From NCBI RefSeq assembly GCF_051903065.1, contig NZ_CP178438.1: a stretch of 64,000 bases of DNA; one strand, given 5' to 3'. The notes beneath the pieces were generated by a model. That model saw only the letters and a list, made by a program, of their open reading frames with translations, made no database searches and was not told the origin of the DNA. Below are positions 16,837 through 31,643 of the stretch, piece by piece. Each line of letters starts with the position of its first letter. Within the stretch, counting starts at the first letter, position 1. The stretch is from Escherichia coli (GTDB lineage: Bacteria; Pseudomonadota; Gammaproteobacteria; Enterobacterales; Enterobacteriaceae). The position numbers and the translations under genes were made by a program.

Positions 16837-19266
16837 TTATGCCTGAACAGCTGGCTGATCAAACGCCGTTAACTTCGGTGCGTTACCCGTATATTTTTCG
16901 ATATACACCAGCGCAGAGTTACCGGCACAGGCATTTGCCAGCTGCGAGCTGGGGATATCCGCCGTTAACACGTTCGCACTGCCGTTTTTACACAAGCCAT
17001 TTTCCAGATCTGGCCATGCACCTTCATGCACGCATACCACGCCTTTTTTGATCCCGTCAGTCACCACAGCGCCTGTCAGGATCTGACCGCGTTTGTTCCA
17101 GACTCGCACCAGATCACCATTCGCAATACCAAAGCGGGCAGCATCTTCGGTGTGAATAGTGATTGGTTCACGATCGGCAACCGAATATTTTTTACGCAGT
17201 TCCGCATAGTTAAGCTGACTGTGTAAACGATGTGCCGGATGTGCGGTCAGAAGCTGCAACTGCTTCTCGTCGGCGGTACCTTTCCACTCATCAGGCGCAA
17301 GCCAGGTCGGGTGTGCCGGGCAATCCTTATAGCCAAATTTCTCCAGCGTTTTTGAGTAGATTTCAATTTTGCCACTTGGTGTACCCAGCGCATTTTTCAC
17401 CGGATCTGCGCGGAAATCGCCATAGCGAACGAACTGCTCATTCTTCTCGCTGCGGCGCATTTCAAGCAATTTATTTTGCTGCCAGAAGGCATTAAACATC
17501 GGCATGGTGACGCGTTGCGCACGCGCACCTTTCTGAGCGGCATCATAGAAAAATTTCAGCCACGCCATTTCATCTCTACCTTCGGTATAGATCTCTTTTC
17601 CGCCTGGTTTCAGTAATTCCGCAAGTTCGGCAAACACGTCAAAATCGTTTCGCGCTTCAAATTGCGGAGCGACAGCCTGCTTCATCGGCACAATATGCTG
17701 GTTGCTGTAATCACCGGTCATCGTCAAGTCATTGCGCTCAAACGATGTGGTGATCGGTAATACGATATCTGCATGTTTAGCAGCTGCGGTCCAGTAGCAT
17801 TCAGAAACGACGATCATCTCCGGTTTCTGCCATGCTTTGATCAGACGATTAGTATCCTGGTGATGGGTAAAGTTACCGCCACCCGCCCACCAGATCATTT
17901 TGATATTCGGATACGTTTGTTCTTTACCGTTATGCTGATATTTGCCACCAGGATTTTCCAGCGCATCGACGATACGGGCAACAGGAATCGCCGTCATTCC
18001 GCCATCATCAGCGGCCTCGCTGGCCTGTCCGGCAATCGCCGCAGACATTTCCGGCAGCACGCCGCCAACACGCGTCGGGTTGCCACCATTGGAGTAATGA
18101 TAAGAGAAACCAAAACCGCCGCCCGGTGTACCAATCTGCCCTAACATCGCCGCCAGCGTCACCAGCATCCAGTGTTTCTGTTCACCATATTGCTGGCGCT
18201 GAATTCCCCAGCCTGCCATCAGCATTGTGCGATTCGCCGCCATCAGTTCTGCGAGTTTGACTATCTGCGCTTCCGGTACGCCAGTAATTTCCGCCGCCCA
18301 GGCCGCACTCTTCGGAGTATTATCGCTCTTACCTGTCAGATATTCTTCAAACTGCGGATACCCGGTGGTGTATTTTTCAAGGAACACTTTATCGTGTTTG
18401 CCTTGTGTCATCAGGGTATGCGCAATCCCTAACATCAGTGCCACGTCGGTGCCCATATTCGGCGCGATCCAGGTGACATTATCGCCAAAGAACTCGATGG
18501 TTTCGGAGCGGATAGGATCAATGGCAATCACTGGTTTGCCAGATTTTTTCAGCTGATGGAAGTATTCCAGCCCTTGCTCATCGGTACTGCTCCAGGCAAT
18601 TTTTAAGGTATTCAGCGGGTTCATTCCCCACAGCACCACAACCTGGCTGTTTTCCAGAATCAGCGGCCAGGAGGTCTGCTGTTCATACACCTCTACAGAA
18701 CCGACCACATGCGGCATGATCACCTGTGCTGCCCCGGTTGAATAATCGCCGCTATGCCCGGAATAACCGCCCGCCAGGTTCATATAACGTTGCAGTAAGG
18801 TTTGCGCTTTATGCAACACGCCAGAAGAGCGCCAGCCGTAAGATCCGGCAAAAATGGCCGATGGTCCGTTAGCTTTACGAATACGCTCATGTTGCTCATG
18901 AATCAGTTTTAATGCCTGTTCCCAGCTCACCTGTACATAGGTATCTTCGCCACGACCTTTCGCCGGTTGCAGTGGATTGTCGAGATAGCTTTTTCTCACC
19001 ATCGGATGCTGAATACGCGCCGTGGTGTGTACCTGATCCGCCGCCGTAGACTGTAAGGAGTTCGGTATGGTTTTCGCCAGCGCGCCTGTCGAAGAAACAA
19101 TCTTGCCGTCCTTCACTTCTACGTTCATCGCTCCCCAACGTCCCGCGGTGAGGATTTTACCGCCCTTCTCTTCTGCCCATGCGGGTAGCGGTGTAGCCGA
19201 TGTCACCACCAGCGCCCCAGCGGCAATACTGCTGTGTTTAATAAATTCACGTCTTGTTAATGTCAT
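16837..19266 (-). CDS. torZ: trimethylamine N-oxide reductase 2 catalytic subunit (molybdoenzyme)
   Basis: Tat signal [10 protein letters not shown]...; ATG at 19266..19264 after gggagg RBS; 809 aa. Confidence 0.93.
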   Translation of the reverse strand: MTLTRREFIKHSSIAAGALVVTSATPLPAWAEEKGGKILTAGRWGAMNVEVKDGKIVSSTGALAKTIPNSLQSTAADQVHTTARIQHPMVRKSYLDNPLQPAKGRGEDTYVQVSWEQALKLIHEQHERIRKANGPSAIFAGSYGWRSSGVLHKAQTLLQRYMNLAGGYSGHSGDYSTGAAQVIMPHVVGSVEVYEQQTSWPLILENSQVVVLWGMNPLNTLKIAWSSTDEQGLEYFHQLKKSGKPVIAIDPIRSETIEFFGDNVTWIAPNMGTDVALMLGIAHTLMTQGKHDKVFLEKYTTGYPQFEEYLTGKSDNTPKSAAWAAEITGVPEAQIVKLAELMAANRTMLMAGWGIQRQQYGEQKHWMLVTLAAMLGQIGTPGGGFGFSYHYSNGGNPTRVGGVLPEMSAAIAGQASEAADDGGMTAIPVARIVDALENPGGKYQHNGKEQTYPNIKMIWWAGGGNFTHHQDTNRLIKAWQKPEMIVVSECYWTAAAKHADIVLPITTSFERNDLTMTGDYSNQHIVPMKQAVAPQFEARNDFDVFAELAELLKPGGKEIYTEGRDEMAWLKFFYDAAQKGARAQRVTMPMFNAFWQQNKLLEMRRSEKNEQFVRYGDFRADPVKNALGTPSGKIEIYSKTLEKFGYKDCPAHPTWLAPDEWKGTADEKQLQLLTAHPAHRLHSQLNYAELRKKYSVADREPITIHTEDAARFGIANGDLVRVWNKRGQILTGAVVTDGIKKGVVCVHEGAWPDLENGLCKNGSANVLTADIPSSQLANACAGNSALVYIEKYTGNAPKLTAFDQPAVQA

Positions 19267-19290
19267 CACTTCCTCCCTGATCAACGAGGA

Positions 19291-20391
19291 TCACTGTTTC
19301 TCGGTAATATCTTTGGCGTTGTACTGGAAATACCGCGTTAAAATGTCCAGTTCGTTTTCGCTCATGCTGGTTCGTGCCCCCATTCCTTTGGCAATGGACG
19401 GCCACGCATTGACGGTGTAATGGTCGGCGGCAATAGGGGCATGACAACCAGCGCAATAGGTATCGTCAAGTTTTTCAGCGTATTGCCATAGCGGTTTACG
19501 GTCCGCTAATGCGGGATCGGTAAGCGCACCCTGTAAAGACGCCTGACGCCATTGATTGCCGTATTCGTCAGCCTGCCATTCCCCGTTTACCGTGAGCGCC
19601 TTGATACCTTCTTCACTTAATGTGGCTAGCGCCAGCCGTTGACCTGCCGCCAGGTAGAGCGTGTTTTCACTGCCCTGCATTTGATAACCCTGCAACAGAA
19701 CGATCGGCTGTTTGCCACTGGCATCAACGACGGTGAGATCGGTACCAGGATTCACGGTAGCCAGCTCGCCTATGCGAGAAGTTTTGAAAGGATAAATATG
19801 TGCGCCATTAGTCACTGAAGTAGCGGCCTGACTTTCCAGCTCATGCGCCGCGTTGTCATCCATTTTTATTTCTGGCGGAAAATGGGCAATGCCTTTATGA
19901 CAATCGATACAGGTTTCGCCGCCCTTTTGTGCTTTGTTATGCATTTTCTGCGCAGATTCACTTTGCGAGGCAATATCCATGGCATCAAAAGAATGGCAAC
20001 TACGGCACGTTGCAGAGTCAGTTGCTTTTAATTCTTTCCATACTGTTTCGGCCATTTCCTGGCGATGAGTTTCGAACTTATCGTCACTGTCTATTTTGCC
20101 GCTAACAAATTCATGATAAATATCTTTAGATGCTTTTAATTTAGCAAATAAATAATCCATCCCTGACTTTGGAATATGGCAATCGGCACATTCCGCACGT
20201 ATCCCTTTCTGGTTCGAAAAGTGGACAGTTCCCTGATATTCCTCAAAAGGTTTACTCATCGAGTGGCAGGAAAGGCAAAATGCTGTATCCGACGTTTTAT
20301 GTAAGGCTTTTTGCGCCAGCAATAACCCGCCGCCACCAACCACAACCGCTATCAGCAAAAACAATAACCCAATGCGTTTTTTCCCTCGCAT
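19291..20391 (-). CDS. torY: NapC/NirT-family pentahaem c-type cytochrome
   Basis: 366-aa ORF with five CxxCH motifs (CLSCH, CADCH, CRSCH, CIDCH, CAGCH). Confidence 0.95.
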   Translation of the reverse strand: MRGKKRIGLLFLLIAVVVGGGGLLLAQKALHKTSDTAFCLSCHSMSKPFEEYQGTVHFSNQKGIRAECADCHIPKSGMDYLFAKLKASKDIYHEFVSGKIDSDDKFETHRQEMAETVWKELKATDSATCRSCHSFDAMDIASQSESAQKMHNKAQKGGETCIDCHKGIAHFPPEIKMDDNAAHELESQAATSVTNGAHIYPFKTSRIGELATVNPGTDLTVVDASGKQPIVLLQGYQMQGSENTLYLAAGQRLALATLSEEGIKALTVNGEWQADEYGNQWRQASLQGALTDPALADRKPLWQYAEKLDDTYCAGCHAPIAADHYTVNAWPSIAKGMGARTSMSENELDILTRYFQYNAKDITEKQ

Positions 20392-20699
20392 AGATTCCTC
20401 TAATTAAATTCCAGAACACCGAAATCATTGTATAATTAAATATACAACGAATTAACCGCTTGCATAATTCGGCACAACACTGCCTGAAATAATCGATAAA
20501 GAATATGATTTATTACAATGTAATCATTAATTGCTAAGGAATAACCCAGTTGCTATTTAGAATATATATTTATCAGTTTTAGTAATTTAAATCCCATAAT
20601 TAATGTGAATATATAAAATATTTTTAGCACAACGCTATGTTCACTGTCACCCGCTCAACAGATCACGGTAATCGTTCGTTTTTTATACTGTTCAGGGAT

Positions 20700-20731
20700 A
20701 AAAAAAGGCCCCTGTTGAAATTGCAGGGGCC
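20700..20731 (-). terminator. rho-independent terminator downstream of cutC
   Basis: A-run + ggcccctg/caggggcc hairpin (plus-strand view). Confidence 0.7.
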
Positions 20732-20778
20732 TGGTACGAGCAAGCATCATATTGGGCGACATGATGCAACGGTAAAAA

Positions 20779-21534
<756 letters not shown>

Positions 21535-21538
21535 TTAA

Positions 21539-22105
21539 TTACGCCGACTGCTCGCTGGCAACGATCTCTTCAATGGACCACGGATGAAACTTAATAGTTG
21601 TTTTGCCATCGGTGACCGCCAGCGTCGGATTCGGTAATCGCTCATGCTCACCTTTTGGCGAACTGGTTTTAACTGAGATCCCCGGTAGGCTGAGTCCTTC
21701 ATCAGAAAGCAATGCCAGCGCACGGGCATTCAGCGTTTCTGGATCACCCGGCAGAACGATTTCAATATGTTCCCAACCTTCGTGTGGGTAACGTTTTTCC
21801 CCGGGCCACGGTAGCTCCACAATAGAAAACTGCCAGTGCGCAACCTGTACCGGTTCATGCAATTTAAACAGACAAATCGGTCTGCCATTGATCATATTTT
21901 CTGACAAAAGCTCGCCACACTGTTCAAACCCGCGACGCCAGCGTTCAGCAGTGGCGTTTTGATGGCAACGCAAAGAAATGTGATCGGCAGTCAGCGGAGT
22001 GATATTCAACCCCAGACGGCGGGAAAGTTCATCTAATGCGTGGGTAAATCGCGGTAAATCCGATGCAATATCCTGCAGCTCGTCGATAGATTGCCAGTTC
22101 GCCAT
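21539..22105 (-). CDS. yecM: YecM (VOC-fold protein)
   Basis: 188 aa from MANWQSIDELQ. Confidence 0.9.
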   Translation of the reverse strand: MANWQSIDELQDIASDLPRFTHALDELSRRLGLNITPLTADHISLRCHQNATAERWRRGFEQCGELLSENMINGRPICLFKLHEPVQVAHWQFSIVELPWPGEKRYPHEGWEHIEIVLPGDPETLNARALALLSDEGLSLPGISVKTSSPKGEHERLPNPTLAVTDGKTTIKFHPWSIEEIVASEQSA

Positions 22106-22320
22106 AATCACTCTTCGTCTTTCAGTAAAAGCGATAATTTACCCTGTTGCCCTGCGCCAACCAACCGCTGATTTCACGCCGCTTCTGATGCAATAGTGAA
22201 AACGGCAATACGCCACGCGCACGTTGCTGACGAAAACAGCCATTTGCAGTATACTCCCGCCCTAATTTCTTTAACTGGTGCGGGCAATTTTTGCTCGCTT
22301 CATCAATGTAAGGTATTCCG

Positions 22321-24054
22321 GTGAATATTCAGGCTCTTCTCTCAGAAAAAGTCCGTCAGGCCATGATTGCGGCAGGCGCGCCTGCGGATTGCGAACCGCA
22401 GGTTCGTCAGTCAGCAAAAGTTCAGTTCGGCGACTATCAGGCTAACGGCATGATGGCAGTTGCTAAAAAACTGGGTATGGCACCGCGACAATTAGCAGAG
22501 CAGGTGCTGACTCATCTGGATCTTAACGGTATCGCCAGCAAAGTTGAGATCGCCGGTCCAGGCTTTATCAACATTTTCCTTGATCCGGCATTCCTGGCTG
22601 AACATGTTCAGCAGGCGCTGGCGTCCGATCGTCTCGGTGTTGCTACGCCAGAAAAACAGACCATTGTGGTTGACTACTCTGCGCCAAACGTGGCGAAAGA
22701 GATGCACGTCGGTCACCTGCGCTCTACCATTATTGGTGACGCAGCAGTGCGTACTCTGGAGTTCCTCGGTCACAAAGTGATTCGCGCAAACCACGTCGGC
22801 GACTGGGGCACTCAGTTCGGTATGCTGATTGCATGGCTGGAAAAGCAGCAGCAGGAAAACGCCGGTGAAATGGAGCTGGCTGACCTTGAAGGTTTCTACC
22901 GCGATGCGAAAAAGCATTACGACGAAGATGAAGAGTTTGCCGAGCGTGCACGTAACTACGTGGTAAAACTGCAAAGCGGTGACGAATATTTCCGCGAGAT
23001 GTGGCGCAAACTGGTCGACATAACCATGACGCAGAACCAGATCACTTACGATCGTCTCAACGTGACGCTGACCCGTGATGACGTGATGGGCGAAAGCCTC
23101 TACAACCCAATGCTGCCAGGAATTGTGGCGGATCTCAAAGCCAAAGGTCTGGCAGTAGAAAGCGAAGGGGCGACCGTCGTATTCCTTGATGAGTTTAAAA
23201 ACAAGGAAGGCGAACCGATGGGCGTGATCATTCAGAAGAAAGATGGCGGCTATCTCTACACCACCACTGATATCGCCTGTGCGAAATATCGTTATGAAAC
23301 ACTGCATGCCGATCGCGTGCTGTATTACATCGACTCCCGTCAGCATCAACACCTGATGCAGGCATGGGCGATCGTCCGTAAAGCAGGCTATGTACCGGAA
23401 TCCGTACCGCTGGAACACCACATGTTCGGCATGATGCTGGGTAAAGACGGCAAACCGTTCAAAACCCGCGCGGGTGGTACAGTGAAACTGGCCGATCTGC
23501 TGGATGAAGCCCTGGAACGTGCACGCCGTCTGGTGGCAGAAAAGAACCCGGATATGCCAGCCGACGAGCTGGAAAAACTGGCTAACGCGGTTGGTATTGG
23601 TGCGGTGAAATATGCGGATCTCTCCAAAAACCGCACCACGGACTACATCTTCGACTGGGACAACATGCTGGCGTTTGAGGGTAATACCGCGCCATACATG
23701 CAGTATGCATACACGCGTGTATTGTCCGTGTTCCGTAAAGCAGAAATTAACGAAGAGCAACTGGCTGCAGCTCCGGTTATCATCCGTGAAGATCGTGAAG
23801 CGCAACTGGCAGCTCGCCTGCTGCAGTTTGAAGAAACCCTCACCGTGGTTGCCCGTGAAGGCACGCCGCATGTAATGTGTGCTTACCTGTACGATCTGGC
23901 CGGTCTGTTCTCTGGCTTCTACGAGCACTGCCCGATCCTCAGCGCAGAAAACGAAGAAGTGCGTAACAGCCGTCTGAAACTGGCACAACTGACGGCGAAG
24001 ACGCTGAAGCTGGGTCTGGATACGCTGGGTATTGAGACTGTAGAGCGTATGTAA
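22321..24054 (+). CDS. argS: arginine--tRNA ligase
   Basis: 577-aa ORF with GTG start; HVGH motif; matches ArgRS. Confidence 0.97.
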
Positions 24055-24073
24055 TCGATTTTTCGTGAGAGTG

Positions 24074-24110
24074 AAGCCTGATCAGGGTTAGCCGATCAGG
24101 CTTTTTTATT
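24074..24110 (+). terminator. rho-independent terminator downstream of argS
   Basis: gcctgatc...gatcaggc hairpin followed by TTTTTTATT. Confidence 0.8.
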
Positions 24111-24230
24111 GCCATCTAAATGTATTCTGAAAACGGACATGCCATCGTTTTCTCACTGTTGAGTAAGAGGCCAGAAGCGTAATATCCAGGCCCAGGAAAA
24201 CGATAACGGTTCAATTTAAGGAATACCGCA

Positions 24231-24719
24231 GTGTTTAAATTTCTTGTATTAACATTAGGCATTATCTCTTGCCAGGCTTACGCAGAAGATACGGTTATAG
24301 TAAATGATCATGACATTTCAGCCATCAAAGATTGTTGGCAAAAAAATTCAGATGATGATACTGACATTAACGTGATCAAATCATGTCTGCGACAAGAATA
24401 CAACCTCGTCGATGCGCAATTAAATAAAGCTTATGGTGAAGCTTATCGTTATATAGAACAAGTGCCACGCACAGGTGCAAAAAAACCTGATACCGAACAA
24501 CTTAACTTGCTTAAAAAATCACAACGAGCCTGGCTGGATTTTAGGGACAAAGAATGTGAATTAATCCTTTCAAATGAGGATGTTCAGGATTTAAGTGACC
24601 CTTATTCTGAATCAGAATGGCTATCATGTATGATCATACAGACCAATACGCGAACTCGCCAGTTGCAGCTATACCGTAACTCTGAAGATTTTTATCCAAG
24701 CCCTTTGACAAGAGGATAA
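24231..24719 (+). CDS. yecT: YecT (secreted protein of unknown function)
   Basis: 162-aa AT-rich ORF, GTG start, N-terminal signal peptide. Confidence 0.85.
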   Translation: MFKFLVLTLGIISCQAYAEDTVIVNDHDISAIKDCWQKNSDDDTDINVIKSCLRQEYNLVDAQLNKAYGEAYRYIEQVPRTGAKKPDTEQLNLLKKSQRAWLDFRDKECELILSNEDVQDLSDPYSESEWLSCMIIQTNTRTRQLQLYRNSEDFYPSPLTRG

Positions 24720-24840
24720 TTCACATCTTTTTGGCATGTTTTGTTGCAAGCTATTCCTGATAAATAATTGCAACAAAACATCGAGCCTTTTTCGCTGAGT
24801 TATTAAACATGCTCGCGAGCGCGTAATTTTTATTTGTCCT

Positions 24841-25233
24841 TCAGCGATAATTCACAATCACTTCATTCCGTTGTACCTTTAGCGGTGGAATTAACCGCCC
24901 ACCGCCAGGCACTTCCCAGATAAAGCGCAACGGTTCTGCTGCCGCTATACCGGAAAAGGCCACGGTGGTTCCGCTCTGCCCCTCTAATTCGACACAACGA
25001 GATTGCGAACACAAGCGAACCCGCAGTCCTGCAGGTGTCGGGCCGATAAGCTGATACCGCCACGCCACCAGCGTCATCAATCCTGAAGCAGGTTGTCGAG
25101 TAGAAAGAGGCGCTGACGACATCGACTCACCGCGATGATTTAGCGTAATTCCGACACTACTTGCCTGCCACATCCCCTCCCCGGCGGCTTGCACCAGCAG
25201 CGGAAACAATAATATTGCTAATAAGGTTCTCAT
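24841..25233 (-). CDS. flhE: flagellar protein FlhE
   Basis: 130 aa from MRTLLAILLFPLLVQA (signal peptide); start overlaps flhA stop. Confidence 0.9.
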   Translation of the reverse strand: MRTLLAILLFPLLVQAAGEGMWQASSVGITLNHRGESMSSAPLSTRQPASGLMTLVAWRYQLIGPTPAGLRVRLCSQSRCVELEGQSGTTVAFSGIAAAEPLRFIWEVPGGGRLIPPLKVQRNEVIVNYR

Positions 25234-27311
25234 CATTTACCGCCAATTGTCGCCGTCATGCGGATATGTCGGTTATCAGATAGTTCCAGATTCGACAGCA
25301 CCACTAACTGCGGCAAGCTGCGGCGCAGAAAGCGAGACAATAATGGTCGCAGCGCGTGGTTCACCAACAATACTGGCGGCGCACCCAACATCTCCTGACG
25401 GGATAGCGCTTCCTGAGTTTGCGCCAGTAAACGATCCGCCAGCCCTGGCTCCAGTCCGCCCCCGCCCTGCAACGCCTGTAGCAACAAACGTTCCAGCGGT
25501 GTATCGAGGCCAATAACATGGACTTCATCTTTGCCAGGAAACCACTGCTGGGTAATCGCCCGTCCCAACGCCACGCGCACGACGGCGGTTAATTCATGTG
25601 GATCGCTTTGGATGGGCGCATGTTCCGCCAGCGTTTCGAGAATAGTGCGCATATCGCGAATCGGCACTTTTTCATCGAGCAGATTTTGCAGCACTTTATG
25701 CAGTGTGGTGAGCGTGACGACGCCAGGAACGAGATCTTCCGTCAGCTTTGGCATCTCCTGGGCGACGCGATCCAGCAGCTGTTGCGCCTCCTGACGACCA
25801 AACAGCTCTGCGGCATGCTGGCTAATGAGGTGGTTAAGATGCGTTGCTACCACCGTGCTAGCCTCAACCACGGTGTACCCCTGAATCTGCGCCTGTTCTT
25901 TTAGCGCACTTTCAATCCAGATAGCATTCAGGCCAAATGCCGGATCGATGGTCGCCTCACCAGGTAACGTCCCGGCAGCGGTTCCAGGGTTAATCGCCAG
26001 CCAGCGCCCCGGATAAGCATCACCACTGCCTATCTCCACGCCTTTCATCAAAATGCGATAGCGGGCAGGTTGCAGATCCATATTGTCGCGAATGTGCACC
26101 ACCGGCGGCAAGAAGCCCATTTCCTGAGCAAATTTCTTACGAATACTACGAATACGGCCCAGCAACTCGCCATCTTGTTGGAAATCAACCATCGGGATCA
26201 ATCGATAACCCACTTCCATTCCCAGAGAATCTTCCAGTTGTACATCGTTCCACGTCGCTTCGACAACGGTATTATTCTCTGCCATTTTTACCGGTTTGGG
26301 TTCGGCAGGCGCTTTTTGTTCGCGTCCGCGTATCCACCAGGCCAGCCCGAGCAATCCGGCAGTGAACAGCAAAAATACCAGGTTCGGCATTCCAGGCACC
26401 AGGCCGAGTAAACCGAGCACGGCGGCGCTTAACAACATAACGCTTGGGTTACTGAAAAGCTGATTCACCATCTGCTCGCCAACATCCTGATCGGTGCTGA
26501 CACGCGTAACGATGACCCCCGCGGCGGTAGAAATCACCAGCGCCGGGATTTGTGCCACCAGACCGTCACCAATGGTCAAGAGCGTATAACTTTCCGCCGC
26601 GTGTCCCATGCTCATGCCATGTTGCAGCACGCCGACCAGCAACCCGCCGACAACGTTAATGACCATGATGAGGATCCCGGCGATGGCATCGCCGCGAACA
26701 AACTTACTTGCCCCGTCCATTGAGCCGTAAAAATCGGCTTCCTGAGTCACTTCGGAGCGACGTTTTTTCGCCTCATCTTCACCAATCAATCCGGCGTTAA
26801 GGTCGGCGTCAATCGCCATCTGCTTACCCGGCATACCATCGAGAACAAAGCGCGCACCCACTTCTGCGATACGTCCGGCACCTTTGGTAATGACCATAAA
26901 GTTGATGATCACGAGAATGACGAACACCACGATACCGATAGCGAAATTGCCACCAACGAGGAAGTGACCGAACGCTTCGACCACCTTCCCAGCCGCCGCT
27001 GCGCCGGTATGCCCTTCCATCAAAATGATACGGGTTGAAGCCACGTTAAGTGCCAGACGCAACAGCGTGGTAAACAACAGAATGGTCGGAAACGCAGCAA
27101 ACTCAAGCGTGCGCTGGGTAAACATCGCCACCAGCAACACCATGATCGACAAGGCAATATTGAAGGTAAACAACAGGTCGAGTATGAATGCGGGCAGTGG
27201 CAGCACCATCATCGACAAGATCAACAGGATCAAAATCGGTCCGGCAAGGATCTGCCATTGTGTCGATTTCAGGTTTGCGGGCAGGCGCAGCATCGCGGCC
27301 AGATTACTCAT
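25233..27311 (-). CDS. flhA: flagellar export apparatus protein FlhA
   Basis: 692 aa from MSNLAAMLRLPANL; ORF track has 25-codon upstream extension. Confidence 0.93.
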   Translation of the reverse strand: MSNLAAMLRLPANLKSTQWQILAGPILILLILSMMVLPLPAFILDLLFTFNIALSIMVLLVAMFTQRTLEFAAFPTILLFTTLLRLALNVASTRIILMEGHTGAAAAGKVVEAFGHFLVGGNFAIGIVVFVILVIINFMVITKGAGRIAEVGARFVLDGMPGKQMAIDADLNAGLIGEDEAKKRRSEVTQEADFYGSMDGASKFVRGDAIAGILIMVINVVGGLLVGVLQHGMSMGHAAESYTLLTIGDGLVAQIPALVISTAAGVIVTRVSTDQDVGEQMVNQLFSNPSVMLLSAAVLGLLGLVPGMPNLVFLLFTAGLLGLAWWIRGREQKAPAEPKPVKMAENNTVVEATWNDVQLEDSLGMEVGYRLIPMVDFQQDGELLGRIRSIRKKFAQEMGFLPPVVHIRDNMDLQPARYRILMKGVEIGSGDAYPGRWLAINPGTAAGTLPGEATIDPAFGLNAIWIESALKEQAQIQGYTVVEASTVVATHLNHLISQHAAELFGRQEAQQLLDRVAQEMPKLTEDLVPGVVTLTTLHKVLQNLLDEKVPIRDMRTILETLAEHAPIQSDPHELTAVVRVALGRAITQQWFPGKDEVHVIGLDTPLERLLLQALQGGGGLEPGLADRLLAQTQEALSRQEMLGAPPVLLVNHALRPLLSRFLRRSLPQLVVLSNLELSDNRHIRMTATIGGK

Positions 27312-28452
27312 GGGTCGGTTTCTCGTTAATAAAATCCAGGGCTTCCGGCACCGGAAGATGAGTAGGTTGTACAGGGCGCTGTCCACCAGCCAGACGCCAG
27401 CGTTTTAGTTGCCAGACCCAGGCCAGCACTTCCGCCACCGCGGCGTACAGTTGACCCGGGATTTGTTGACCAATCTCCGCATGTCGATACAGCGCTCGCG
27501 CCAGCGGCGGCGCTTCAAGCGTCGGGACGTTATTTTCAGCGCCAATTTCACGAATGCGCAGCGCGACCAGCCCTGCACCTTTAGCGACCACTTTCGGTGC
27601 GCTCATTTTGTTTTCGTCATACTGCAACGCTACCGAATAGTGGGTCGGGTTATTGACAATGACATCCGCTTTCGGCACATCGGCCATCATCCGACGCCGT
27701 GCGGCAGCTCGCTGCATCTGACGGATCCGTCCTTTAACATGGGGGTCGCCTTCGCTTTGTTTGAACTCATCACGAATATCCTGCCGCGACATTCGCAGCT
27801 TTTTCAGGTGGCTGAAGATTTGGAAAAAGACGTCAAATCCCACCATTGGAATGACACCAAGCACCACCAGCAGTGCGCATAGCCCTACCAAATCCATCGC
27901 ATTACCCATGGCGGTAATCGGAGACTCGGCCATTAAGCGCATCATCTGCGGCCAGTGATGCCAGAGAAAAAACCCCGTCACGCTGCCAACCAGGATGGTT
28001 TTCAAAATTGCTTTAAGCAACTCCGCGCCAGTCTGTGCCGAGAACATCCGTTTTATGCCCGGTAGCGGGTTGAGTTTGGAAAACTTCGGCTGCAAGGATT
28101 TTCCGCTAAATACCAGCCCCCCCAGCATAACCGGAGAAATGAGCGCCACCAGCACCACGCCGCTAATCAGCGGTAGCAGCGCCAGCATGGCTTCTCTGAT
28201 CAGCAGAATAATTTGCCCGAGGATCAGATTCGGGTCTTTGATAATACTGTGATCAAAATGCAGCCCAGCGGAGAGCATGCCCGACAATCGACGGGCCAGC
28301 GACACACCGCCAAACCAGATAACACTAACGCCCACCAGCAAAATCAGCAGTGAGGTCAGTTCACGGGAACGCGGGATTTGCCCCTCTTCCCGCGCTTTTT
28401 CTAGTCGGTGAGGTGTGGGGGCTTCTGTTTTGTCGTCGCTCTCGTCAGACAC
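27304..28452 (-). CDS. flhB: flagellar export apparatus protein FlhB
   Basis: 382-aa ORF with NPTH autocleavage motif (VIVNNPTHYSVAL). Confidence 0.96.
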   Translation of the reverse strand: MSDESDDKTEAPTPHRLEKAREEGQIPRSRELTSLLILLVGVSVIWFGGVSLARRLSGMLSAGLHFDHSIIKDPNLILGQIILLIREAMLALLPLISGVVLVALISPVMLGGLVFSGKSLQPKFSKLNPLPGIKRMFSAQTGAELLKAILKTILVGSVTGFFLWHHWPQMMRLMAESPITAMGNAMDLVGLCALLVVLGVIPMVGFDVFFQIFSHLKKLRMSRQDIRDEFKQSEGDPHVKGRIRQMQRAAARRRMMADVPKADVIVNNPTHYSVALQYDENKMSAPKVVAKGAGLVALRIREIGAENNVPTLEAPPLARALYRHAEIGQQIPGQLYAAVAEVLAWVWQLKRWRLAGGQRPVQPTHLPVPEALDFINEKPTHE

Positions 28453-28559
28453 GTCGCCAATCCTGGAAAGAGTATTAAGCGTAAATGATGCCAGAGCGCA
28501 AAGCGTTCAATGGTTTGAGTAAGGGGCAAAACAGGCGGGATTTAGGGCTTTTGCTGCCA

Positions 28560-28650
28560 CACATCAAGCATAGTGTGCGTTTGTCGGATGCGGCGTCATC
28601 GCCTTATCAGACCGCCTGATATGACGTGGTCACGCCACATCAGGCAATAC
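28560..28650. repeat. REP element between flhB and cheZ
   Basis: tgtcggatgcggcgtcatcgccttatcagaccgcctgatatgacg... palindromic units. Confidence 0.7.
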
Positions 28651-28653
28651 AAA

Positions 28654-29298
28654 TCAAAATCCAAGACTATCCAACAAATCGTCCACCTGATCCTGACTGG
28701 CTACCACACCGGCTTTGCTGGTATCGACCTGAGGTCCATTAAGCAAACTCTGGTTTTCACGTTTTGGACGCGACTCCTGTTCCGGGATGTTTTCCAACAG
28801 CACCATCAGCAACTGGCGTTCGATCTCCTGAATGACATCCATCATCCGCTTAATGACCTGCCCGGTGAGATCCTGAAAATCCTGCGCCATCATGATTTCC
28901 AGCAGTTGCGCGTTAGTAAAGCTGGTATGCGCGGGTACATCTGCCAGAAATTGTCGTGTATCTGTTACCAGTTCACGGGCGTCGGCAAGGTCAATCGGAT
29001 CGGCAAACCAGTCATCCCAACGTTGGGTTAACGCTTTTGCTGATTTCTCCATTTGATCCTGATGCGGTTGTGACGCCTCAACACTGTTCAGCGCCCGCTC
29101 CGCAGCCTGGGCGGTCATCTGCACAACATAGTACAAACGATCGCGCGCATCCGGGATGGCTTCCGCCGCTTCGGCAATGGCCTGATCCAGCCCCAGTTCC
29201 CGCAAACTGTCGCGCAGCATACGCGTCAGGCTGCCGATGCGCGCAATGATATCGCCAGCTGAATGCTCGTCAGCAGGTTTGATTGATGGTTGCATCAT
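28654..29298 (-). CDS. cheZ: chemotaxis phosphatase CheZ
   Basis: 214 aa from [12 protein letters not shown]. Confidence 0.93.
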
Positions 29299-29308
29299 AG
29301 TCGCATCC

Positions 29309-30762
<1,454 letters not shown>

Positions 30763-30764
30763 CG

Positions 30765-31625
30765 TTAATCCTTACTTAGCGCATACACCGTCTGACCACG
30801 CAGCGTGAAGCGGCGCTCAAGGTGGCTAAAGTTTTCAGAGTGACCCGCAAACAGCAATCCGTCGGGTTTAAGGAGCGGAACAAAGCGGCGCAAAATCTCC
30901 TGCTGGGTAGTTTGATCGAAGTAGATCATGACGTTACGACAGAAGATCGCATCAAACGGCCCCGGCACGGTGTACTGTTTCGCCAGTAGATTCAGCGGGG
31001 CAAAATCAACATAGTTCGCCAGCTCCTGACGCACGCGTACCAGCCCTTCATGCGGTCCCGTCCCTCGCATGAAATACCGTTGCAGTTGCTGCGGCGTCAG
31101 GTTTTTCAACTCTTCATGGCGATAGATACCGCTTCTGGCTTTTTCCAGCACTTCGGTGTCGATATCACTGGCAAACACTTTCCAGCGTCCGGGCGCGGTG
31201 CCCAATGTGTCAGCCAGCGTCATCGCAATGCTGTACGGCTCTTCGCCGGTCGAAGCCGCCGCGCTCCATACGCGATACTCGCCAGAACGGCGACGTGCGT
31301 GATCCGCGAGCAGAGGGAAATGATGTGCCTCACGGAAAAATGCCGTCAGATTCGTGGTCAGCGAATTGATAAACGCCTGCCACTCACGGCTGTGCTGATT
31401 AGATTCCAGCAAGTTCAGATAATGACCGAAATCCGTCAGTCCCAGCGAACGCAAACGACGAACCAGTCGGTTGTAAACCATGTCGCGTTTATGGTCAGCC
31501 AGAACGATCCCGGCTCGTTGATAGATCAATTGACTTATCCGCCGAAAATGCGCGTCGGAAAGCGCCAGGCGCTCGGTCATCTGTAACAATAAAGACGTTT
31601 GCCCACAGGGCAGAGATGAAGTCAT
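30765..31625 (-). CDS. cheR: chemotaxis methyltransferase CheR
   Basis: 286-aa ORF matching CheR. Confidence 0.97.
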   Translation of the reverse strand: MTSSLPCGQTSLLLQMTERLALSDAHFRRISQLIYQRAGIVLADHKRDMVYNRLVRRLRSLGLTDFGHYLNLLESNQHSREWQAFINSLTTNLTAFFREAHHFPLLADHARRRSGEYRVWSAAASTGEEPYSIAMTLADTLGTAPGRWKVFASDIDTEVLEKARSGIYRHEELKNLTPQQLQRYFMRGTGPHEGLVRVRQELANYVDFAPLNLLAKQYTVPGPFDAIFCRNVMIYFDQTTQQEILRRFVPLLKPDGLLFAGHSENFSHLERRFTLRGQTVYALSKD

Positions 31626-31643
31626 AGCGCCTTCTCAATCACT

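Noticed and set aside
22492-23988. 498-aa minus-strand ORF
   Set aside because: Antisense shadow of argS with no start context
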